Shown: in pieces, positions 54,074-64,000 of the stretch
Numbering within the stretch: the stretch's first letter is position 1
Layout: every line of letters starts with the position of its first letter
Assembly: GCA_002104945.1 (NCBI GenBank)
Contig: MCFH01000065.1
Location: 124,001-188,000, forward strand
Length of the DNA stretch: 64,000 nucleotides
Source: Piromyces finnis finn
Lineage: Eukaryota; Fungi; Neocallimastigomycota
Direction: 5' to 3'
The notes under the pieces: generated by a model
Database searches by the model: none
Told to the model about the DNA's origin: nothing
Seen by the model: only the letters and a program-made list of their open reading frames with translations
Program-made: the position numbers and the translations under genes

Positions 54074-57000
54074 TTTTTTTTAATGGAATCAAATATTTTT
54101 AAACTTTATTATTAATTTAGTTAAGATTATAATACATATTATAAAAAAAACTAAAAGAAAAATAAAAATAAAAAAAAATAAACACAAATGAATAAAAATT
54201 GGGTATAATATATTCTAGTAATTTTAATTAAAGTAAGAAAGTCACTATTATACTAAAGTATAATAATTGTATTTGACTTCCAATGAAACACGGAGCTAAA
54301 GATCAGAATTTTATCATGGAACAAAATTATGATCTCCATTGGTTGCGCTGGCCCTCCTGGTCTGTTTTACTGTTTCTTCAGCATTGACATTGGCTGTTGC
54401 TTCAAACCTTTTGAACATTGACCATTGCTGGCCAATAGCAAAAGGCATGATTTTGGTTAGAAGTTCCGCGGTTACCGTCAAGAATGGTGTTCCTTCGTTA
54501 GTGCCAGATTGAATCTGACACTTGCAAAGTTCTTTCTATTTCCTTGAATTGTAATTGATATTGTTAAAACTTCTTCCCCCAAAAAGGAATTTAAATATTT
54601 TATTATACATACTAGAATAATCATACACATTAATATTCACCGGATTATTAGAACTATTACTATTATTAACTAAATTACTATCTAAATTAGAATTATTATC
54701 TTCACTATTGCTATTATTCTTATTCTTATTATTCTTCTTATTATTATTATTGGTACTATTATTATTAAAATTATTGTTATCTCTACTTATATTAACATTT
54801 TCATTATTATTGATAGGGCTGTTGGAATTACGTTGACTGAAAAAATTTAATAGCTGGATTATGGGATTGTAATGTTTAGTACGAATATCTCTAAATATTG
54901 GACAATCTAATAACCAATGCTTAATAATTTGATCACCACTCTTGCAACATGAACAGTAGCTAGGACAAACTGGATCAACAAATTTAGCAGCTTTGGCAAC
55001 TCTAGCATCCAACTTGTATCCCCTTCTTGCTTTCAATAGGCAGTAGAAATCATAAGCAAACTCTGGGTACTCATAACATAATTTAATAAAATCTTCAATA
55101 AATTTATTAAAGATTGAATTTCCTTTGAGATCTTTCCAGTAAAAGTTTTTAACTGCTTTAACATCTCTATGCTTTTTTAATTTTTATCAAGTGTCCTACT
55201 TGATTTTCACCATTTTTTTTTTTTTTTTTTTTTTAGACTAGGAAGAGAATACACATCTTTTATTTATTTATTTAATTTGTGATATTACATTATATTAGGT
55301 GATAATACATATTGATATAATAAATAATAAATAAAAATAATAAAATATATATAAATAAAAATATAAATATAAAATAATATAAAATAATTATTTAAGTTGC
55401 ATAAAAGTTCAATGAACTCTGCAATTTCTACTGTGTGGGATTGGTCCCTACCTCTACCTAATAAATTAAATGAAATAAAAAAAAGAAGTAACATCAAGTA
55501 TGATAGTGTGGTGTCCACTAAACTTTCCCATGAGTTCATAATGTTTTCATTCGAAGAAATACTAACATTGAACCCTGTGTACAGAACATTAATATGTTCC
55601 TTTGCCATATCGGTACGCCATCGGCGCTATTGATTACGTTAGGTGTCTTACTAAACCTATCAAAAAGTAGCTTTATTGAGCTACTAATGATAGGGATTGT
55701 TTTAGTAAGAAAAGCTGCGAGAATATCTACATATGGAACATATGGAACATGAGACACTGATGAACTGTAAAGCTGTTCATTCAAATGTCTTTGTTCCGCC
55801 TTATCGATTTGTAGCTCATCATAAGCTAAAGTTCCACTAAGAAGAAACGTAAAAATATAGTTATAAATTGTTTTTCTTACTTCCATCTCAGGGAGTAAGT
55901 AAGTGATGAATAAATTATTGTATTTATTATGAAAAAGGGTAAAGATCGTCAAGAAAGCTAAGTGAAGAAGTTTTGTATTCAGAGAATGCAGAACATTCTA
56001 ATAGCCAATGGTAAAAAGATTGTTCATCATATCCGCAACATGAACACACACGAGAGCAGTCAGGTGTAACTCTATTACTAGCAATAGCAATTCTGGTAGT
56101 GTTTTCATAACCGCATCGAATACGAATAATCCAAGTAATTCCTAAATTTAAGTGAGATTTGTTGAGACCGGTATGCATTAGGCGATTTAAATTAAAGAAT
56201 TTGTAGTTAGTATATCTGAGGGCCTTACTTCCATTATTTAGGCTACTATTATCCCAATAATGTTCTTTAATATCTTTAGTACTTTTAATATTTCTTTTTA
56301 TAAGTTTCTTATGAAGTGAACAAGATTCTTTGGCCCAAGAGTAATGAGACATGGGAGGAATAGATCGGACGAGATCTTTAATATTACAGTTTGATTTTCT
56401 CCATTTAACAAAGCATTTCACTTGTTGCGCAGCACAAATACATGAAAGTGTTGGAATCCTCAAATCCCTTGTAAGAGCATATGAATTAATAAATGAATTT
56501 CGTTCAAAAACAAAATCATTGTTATACAAACTTTTATTGTGGAAGCTATTGACACTCCAAAGAACAGCAGTATTGATAAGAGATTAGACTCTTCTAGTTC
56601 TATTTTTGTTGGAACCAAGTAATGGAGCATAATAAGAGACTTTACTTAAAATATAGGAATGAATTACTATATTTTTTAAGCCAATAGGAACAGGATTGTT
56701 AGTGAGGAAGCTCTTAAAAGAGAATAAAGATTTCTGAACTTTTTTGTACATATTAGACAAAATAGGAATCAGAGAAGGATCTTCGTCAAACGGGGTTCCA
56801 AGATAAGTATATCAAGAAACCTTTGGAATAGAGTACATACCGATGTAAAATGTTTGGTCGACATAACTAGGGGATCTATTAAAATTGATAAGTTTAACAA
56901 CAATAGTTGCACATTTATTTATTCCAAAAGACATTTCATTTAAATTAGTACAATCAAGAACTAGATTGAGCAGCTTTTGAAGATTCTTCTTGCTAGGAGC

Positions 57001-59156
57001 AATCAGAACAATGTCATCAGCAAAAAGGCCACCACAGCATTGTTTATTTCCTAAACTAACACCAAGCCTTTCACATTTATATAAAATATCGTTGATGAAG
57101 AGATTAAATAGAGTAGGAGAAAGAGGACATCCTTGTCTTACACCACGATTGATAGGGAATTCATTAGTGAGCATATCCAAGAAACGTGCACGAGCTTTTG
57201 AGGTAGAGTAGAGATTATTGAGAAAATCAAAACATTTACCACTTATACCTAATTTATATAACTTTGTAAGGATATTAAAAATAGGAACCGAGTCGTATGC
57301 TTTTTTGAGGTCTAGAAAAGCAACATAAATGGTTTTTCCTTTAAATTTTCTTCTTTGACAGATTTCTGTAATGGAAATAAATAAGCAAATGCATTCTTCT
57401 TTATTACGAAAACCAAATTGCTCAGGTCTTATAAAATTATGAGAAAGAGCATACTTTGGAATTTTATCAGTTACAATTTTTGAAATGATTTTAAGACCTA
57501 CGCTGATGAGAGAAATACCACGATAATTATTACAATTTGAAAGATCGCCTTTCTTTGGAATAGAAACAATGGAAGCAGAGTTCCATTTCAAAGGAAAGGA
57601 TCCATTCCAGATTTTATTAAAAACTAATTTAAGACAATTTCCAGCAGACTTATTTTCTTTTTCCAGTTTTTCATTACAAAAGAAAGTTTTGAAGAGTAGA
57701 AAAGAGATTCCTTAGAAAATCTAGAGTTTCAGAGAATAAAAAATAAAAAAGATATTACTAGAATCATATAAAATCATAAAAAAAAAAAAAAAAGCCGAGC
57801 CCCTCGAAAAAATAAAAATAGAAATAGAAAAATAAAAAGATTAAATATGATTATAGTAATGAAAGCCGCACCCCACAACGAAACTCAAGAATAAATGAAA
57901 GGAATAACAAACTAACTGAAAAAACAAAACTATCTGACTAATCAACATATAAAGAGTAGAAAGGAATAAAAGAACAAAGAGAGTAAGTAAAAAACTAGGA
58001 TAACAAAATGTCTATGAAAATTAAAAAATAAAAAGAAATCAAAAATATTCAAAATCAGTATTTAATACTACCGAATCAAACAATTTTAAGTTTAAAATGA
58101 TATGTTATAAAAGTTGTTAAAGCAACTACTATCTAAAATAAGTTGAAGGAGTGAGGGATATATGATATAACAACTAACAATCAAATTATCGACTCTACTC
58201 GCTCAGTACCATGAACTTGAGTAGGGCCCCTTGAGAAGCTTTATTTATTAAATAAATGAAGGTATGTTCCCCTTGATTTACACCATGTATATTTTCTAAA
58301 TTTAGAAATGTAATTGATAAGGTATGAGATAATACAATTTGAGTTTTTCCACTTGTTAAAACATTTAACTGAGCTAATACGTATTTAGCTGTTTAGCCGA
58401 TAATGGAGGAATATTCAAATCTTTTGAAATAGAGTATAGAGATATAAACGATACAGCTTTATGAACTCCTGCATCTCATTGTATCCCTTTGTTAACATGC
58501 TTCTGAGCAATCCTAGACCTAGCTTTGTTGGATCCAGGTAATGGTGCAAAGTATGAAATTCTGTTGATCACTTGTGAGTTAAGTACTAGCTTTATGAAAT
58601 GAATAGGAATATTTGGATTTCTTAAAAATTTACTGACTGAAAAAAGTCCTTTCAAAACTTTGTTATTAAGAGCTTTGATAACTGGTTTTAGGGACAAATT
58701 CTTATTAAATAGAACACCAAGATAAGTGTAGCAATCAGTATTTGGAATGAGTTTTTCTGCTAAGTAAAATGTTGGATCTTTCTTGTTCTGATTTTCTACT
58801 GATTCAAGATGAATCACCATCGTTAAACATTTCTGGATACCAATTCGTTAATCTTAAGCAACTTTTTTAAATATCTTCTTGATGGAGCCCAAATAACTAT
58901 ATCATCTGCAAAAAAATCCACCACAGCATCAGCATCGAATGTCTCCTAAACTAACTTCGAGATCTTCGCACTCTTTAAAAATATCATTAATAAAGGGATT
59001 AAAAAGAATAGATGAAAGTGGGCAACCTTGACGGACTCCTTTCTTCACATTAAAAGATTTCGAGAATTGACTATCAATTTGACAAATTGATGTCTACAAC
59101 ATATTTCTTGGATTGAAATGAAAAGACTGATACTTTCTTCCTTTTTTTGAAAACCA
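54074..59156 (-). mobile_element. 5'-truncated LINE, divergent family B, interrupted by family A copy 2
   Basis: Poly(A) at 54074-54081 (T8). 3' half 54074-55212 has CSCCKSGDQIIKHWLLDC and an Asn-rich insert. 5' half 58272-59156 has GVRQGCPLSSILF, GGFFADD and YTYLG. Flanked by identical 13-bp repeats TAAACTAACAACA (54061-54073, 59157-59169). Confidence 0.88.
55213..58271 (-). mobile_element. LINE family A copy 2, lacking ORF1/endonuclease, with a ~550-bp non-coding 5' segment
   Basis: Poly(A) at 55213-55234; RT ORF 56812..57591 and Zn-knuckle ORF 55927..56529. Flanked by 14-bp repeats CTTGATTTTCACCA (55199-55212) and CTTGATTTACACCA (58272-58285), with 1 mismatch. Confidence 0.9.
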
Positions 59157-59169
59157 TAAACTAACAACA

Positions 59170-60744
59170 AGCCTTTGCCATATTAGTACGACGTCAGCGC
59201 TATTGATTACATTAGGTGTTTTACTAAACCTATCAAAAAGTAGCTTCATTGAGCTACTAATGATAGGGATTGTTTTAGTAAAAAAAAGTCGCGAGACCCT
59301 CTACATATGGAACATATGGAACATGAGACACTGATGAACTGTAAAGCTGTTCATTCAAATGTCTTTGTTCCGCCTTATCGATTTGTAGCTCATCATAAGC
59401 TAAAGTTCCACTAAGAAGAAACGTAAAAATATAGTTATAAATTGTTTTTCTTACTTCCATCTCAGGGAGTAAGTAAGTGATGAATAAATTATTGTATTTA
59501 TTATGAAAAAGGGTAAAGATCGTCAAGAAAGCTAAGTGAAGAAGTTTTGTATTCAGAGAATGCAGAACATTCTAATAGCCAATGGTAAAAAGATTGTTCA
59601 TCATATCCGCAACATGAACACACACAAGGGCAGTCAGGTGTAACTCTATTACTAGCAATAGCAATTCTGGTAGTGTTTTCATAACCGCATCGAATACGAA
59701 TAATCCAAGTAATTCCTAAATTTAAGTGAGATTTGTTGAGACCGATATGCATTAGGCGATTTGAATTAAAGAATTTGTAGTTAGTATATCTGAGGGCTTT
59801 ACTTCCATTATTTAGGCTACTATTATTCCAATAATGTTCTTTAATATCTTTAGTACTTTTAATATTTCTTTTTATAAGCTTCTTATGAAGTGAACAAGAT
59901 TCTTTGGCCCAAGAGTAATGAGACATGGGAGGAATAGATCGGACGAGATCTTTAATATTACAGTTTGATTTTCTCCATTTAACAAAGCATTTCACTTGTT
60001 GCGCAGCACAAATACATGAAAGTGTTGGAATCCTCAAATCCCTTGTAAGAGTATATGAATTAATAAATGAATTTCATTCAAAAACAAAATCCTTGTAATA
60101 GAAATTTTTATTGTGAAAGCTATTGACACTCCAAAGAACAGCAGTATTGATAAGAGATTGGATTCTGTGAGCTCTATTTTTGTTGGAACCAAGTAATGGA
60201 GCATAATAAGAGACTTTACTTAAAATATAGGAATGAATAACTATATTTTTTTTAAATCAATAGGGGATCTATTAAAATTGATAAGTTTAACAACAATAGT
60301 TGCACATTTATTTATTCCAAAAAATATTTCATTTAAATTAGTACAATCAAGAACTAGATTGAGCAGCTTTTGAAGGTTCTTCTTGCTAGGAGCAATCAGA
60401 ACAATGTCATCAGCAAAAAGGCCACCACAGAATTGTTTATTTCCTAAACTAACACCAAGCCTTTCACATTTATATAAAATATCGTTGATGAAGAGATTAA
60501 ATAGAATAGGAGAAAGAGGACATCCTTGTCTTACACCACGATTGATAGGGAATTCATTAGTGAGCATATCCAAGAAACGTGCACGAGCTTTTGAGGTAGA
60601 GTAGAGATTATTGAGAAAATCAAAACATTTACCACGTATACCTTGACAGATTTCTGTAATGGAAATAAATAAGCAAATGCATTCTTCTTTATTACGAAAA
60701 CCAAATTGCTCAGGTCTTATAAAATTATGAGAAAGAGCATACTT
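59170..60744 (-). mobile_element. LINE family A copy 3, truncated at both ends with internal deletions
   Basis: Near-identical to copies 1 and 2 (ORFs 59501..60037, 60241..60573). Deletions near 60255 and 60643; no poly(A); joined to the outer fragment through CCTTT microhomology at ~59172-59176. Confidence 0.9.
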
Positions 60745-60777
60745 GAGATTCTATCAGTATATACAAACATGAGCTTA

Positions 60778-60995
60778 TATTTTTTATTTTTTTTATTTTT
60801 TATTTTTTTGTTTTTTTGTTTTTTTTATTTTTTTATTTTTTATTTTTTTATTTTTTTGTTTTTTTGTTTTTTTTATTTTTTTTTTTTTTTATTTTTTTTT
60901 TTTTTTTATTTTTTTTTTATTTTTTTATTTTTTTATTTTTTTGTTTTTTTTTATTTTTTTGTTTTTTTTATTTTTTTATTTTTTATTTTTTATTT
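60778..60995. repeat. T-rich low-complexity tract at the ABCA 3' end
   Basis: (T5-9)A/G units; explains ORFs 60706..61092 and 60816..61031. Confidence 0.9.
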
Positions 60996-63900
60996 CAACA
61001 TCATTTTCATCATTATATTCAGAACTTTTAAGAGTAAAGTTAAGGAATACTTGTTCAAGAGAGGTTTGACTATAACTATAATCACAGAATAAATCGTCTT
61101 CTCTACACGATTCCATAATTTCAAAGGCCTTACTAATATTACTAGAATCACATTTAACTTCGTATTTAACTTTTTGATGTGACTTATCTTCAAGTTCATA
61201 TTCACTTTCACCAAATAACTGTTTTCCAACAACAACTTCTTCATGGAATTTTTCAATGTCATTTGAATAAACATCCATAATATAGGTATTACCATATTTC
61301 ATTTTCAAATGTTCTAGTGTTCCAATACATTTTATTTTTCCTTTTACCATAATAGCAATCCGATTACATAACAATTCTGCTTCTTCCATAGAGTGAATTG
61401 AAATAATGGCTGAAGATTTATTAGTTTGTAAGGTTGCTTTAATGATATTTCAAATATAATGGCGAGTAGAAGGATCTATACAAGCAGAAGTTTTATCTAT
61501 AATGATTTTGGTTGAGGAGCAACAGAGAGTAATAAGAATGTTTAATTTACAACGAGTACCTCCACTCAGTTCATGTGGCATCTTATTACGATGCTCTGTT
61601 AAATGACAATAGCTAATAAATTGCTTTGCGATTCTTTTGGCTTCCTTTTTAGAGTAACCACGAAGATACAAGAACATTTCAATGTGTTCAAATAAAGTGA
61701 ATTCATTCCAAATTGTATCTTCTTGAGGATAGTAGCTAAGAGTAATTTCATTACCTTTTCTTTCAGTTGTATCCTTGCCATCATAATAAATTTTACCCAA
61801 TGTTTGTGGGAAAGTAAAAAAGGTAGTATTTAATACACTTGATTTACCAGAACCATTTGGACCAAGAATACCAAAACATTCACATGTGTCAACACCTAAT
61901 GAAACATTTTGAAATGGAGTCATAACAATACAACGACTACTCATATCAGACATATGGAATTCACCATATTTTGGATTTTTACGATACATAGTATCTAAAA
62001 GTTCTTGTTTTGATGTAAATTTAATATCATTATATTCTTTTGCTAATTTTACAATTTTAATTGATATTTTGTTTTCTTCAGAATCATTCATAACACGTTT
62101 ATATTCATTAAGAATATTTTCATCTCCTTCTTGAAGTTCTTTATCGTATCTTTCATTCATTTCTTCTGTAGTTCTAAAAATATTTCTAGAAGAGTTATAT
62201 CTTTTTATTTTGTGATTTTAATAAATAAATATAAATACCTATAACTATAACAGAACTTATAAAACAGGTTGAAACTTGTCGTTTAATAATTAAAATATTA
62301 AGGAATGAAATCTCGCTGCCAACTGCATTATGTTCAATTCCAAAATTAATCAAAGACTTAAGAACACGAACAAGACCATAGTTAGGAATTAATGAAGCAA
62401 TTAGCAAAACTAAAAAAGATGTGTAATATGTAACATCATCAGTATTTGCTGCTTCAATTTCAAGTCCACTGCTTAAAGCTTCTAATAATGGAATGAATTT
62501 AAATATCACAAATGGCATTAAAATTAAAACACATGTAACTAAAAATACGAAATGATCTGTAATTAATACTGAAATCCAGTAGCTTTTGTTAGAAATACCA
62601 TTCAATTGAAGTTGTTTTAAGAGATTTTGAGAACGTTCACGAATAACATTAGTACCGTAATAAAAAAGTGGGAATACTATACAAAAGACGATAATTAAAG
62701 TAAATAAATAATGATGTAAGCGATGAAACTGAATAAACATCAAATGTTCTTTGTGCTTTAAATGTATGATAATTTACTTGAATTGTATCATTTACATTAG
62801 AAAAAGATAAAATTGAATTAATAAGAGCATTTATAGTAGCTGGAAGAGAATGAACCATTGAATCATTATAATTAATATTAAAATGATATATATTATCATT
62901 AATATCACCAGAAAAACTTGAAACATAATATGGCTCGGATTTAATTGATTGATAAAGTTTGTTCATCTCGTTTTCTGTGTATAAATCTAAACTGGAACTT
63001 GAATTAGAATGTTTAGAAAATTCTTGTTGAACCAAATGTTGAGAAAGTATATTATTAATTGACGGAGAATTTTGAATATCATAATTCCATTGATGATTTT
63101 TATATAGACTAGATGAAATCCTCATTTTCTCATCAAAATCATACTCATTATACTCATTATATTTATTAATTTCCTTTTTACTATATTATATTGATCTTTA
63201 AATATTGGTAAAAAGACGCAAAAAGTGGTTACAGGAATTAATATACTTAAAAAGATATATGTTATTTTACGAATATATATTCTTATTCTGTAGCTACTTA
63301 GTCGTAAAGCAGCTTTAAGAGTACCAGGTCTTTTAACATTTTTATTTTGAGGTAATTCTATTGCTTTATTTTGATCAGGAATTTTTCCATTATACTCTTC
63401 TTCAATCTCTTTTTCTAAATTAATAAATAATTCTTCTAATAGAGGAACATTTATTGAAAAGTTCACTAATAACTTATTCTTTTCATTTTCTAAATCTCTT
63501 AAGAGAGTTGATAACTTATTTGAATCATTCATAGATAATTTCCAAGAATAAATATTTTGTGAAAAATATGAGTGTTCAATTTCGGTTTTATCGACAAGGT
63601 TATAGGCATTAGTAATGTATTGCTTAATAAGTTTATCTACCTCTTCAAAATGTTGAGTTTCAACTTCTAAACTATACTTCATTTTGAAATGATTCTTTAA
63701 ATAAACACTACTACCTAAACAACGAATCGTACCTCTATTTATCCATGTAATTTGTTGTAATGAAAATAACTCTATCCTTTTTAGCCTTTAATAATAAATT
63801 CCAAATTTTGCGACGAGAAAGTGGATCTAAACCAGTAGTAGGTTCATCCAAAAAGACATATTTTGGATTACCAATAAGGGCCAAACTGATAGAAAGCTTT

Positions 63901-64000
63901 CTTTTTTTTGACTGCCACTTAATTTTTGGACTTCATAATCTTTCTTTTTTTCTAAATCAATATTTTCCAACTATTTATCAATATCTTCATCTTCACACTC
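60976..64000 (-). pseudogene. ABCA-subfamily ABC transporter pseudogene (3' part: end of NBD1, TMD2, NBD2), 5' end outside the window
   Basis: NBD1 KLSISLALIGNPKYVFLDEPTTGLDPLSRRKIW. NBD2 CFGILGPNGSGKSS, ELSGGTRCKL, degenerate Walker B IIIDKTS (normally LDEPS), HSMEEAELLCNRIAIM, SQTSLEQVFL. Lesions: a deletion after NYMD (~63740), frameshifts near 63123, 62700 and 62180, and TGA at the Trp codon (61450-61452). Not all lie in homopolymers. Confidence 0.88.

Overview
Extremely AT-rich eukaryotic DNA with GT-AG introns. The gene content points to an anaerobic gut fungus (Neocallimastigomycota): CotH, CBM1, large LRR and ankyrin families, and bacterial-type intronless hydrolase and transporter genes. 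This assignment is an inference. The left half (1-34.3 kb) holds the 3' end of a spliced LRR gene, a spliced CotH kinase gene with a satellite-filled intron, a GT2 glycosyltransferase with duplicated 69-bp exons, an Ntn/choloylglycine-hydrolase-family gene, a secreted protein with six copies of an unrecognised 6-Cys module plus CBM1, a GPI-type DM13-like protein, an OFA-type MFS transporter, an intronless 837-aa LRR gene and several pseudogenes. The right half is almost all repeats and decayed sequence. A ~14.9-kb unit (35839-50766) is bounded by ~4.1-kb near-identical inverted repeats. Its spacer holds a relic of a protein-primed family B DNA polymerase, absent from the ORF track as such, and an LRR pseudogene. 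Next come a three-level nest of LINE retrotransposons with two readable target-site duplications, and an ABCA transporter pseudogene running off the right end. All exon models, alignments and coordinates were read by eye; no database search was run.
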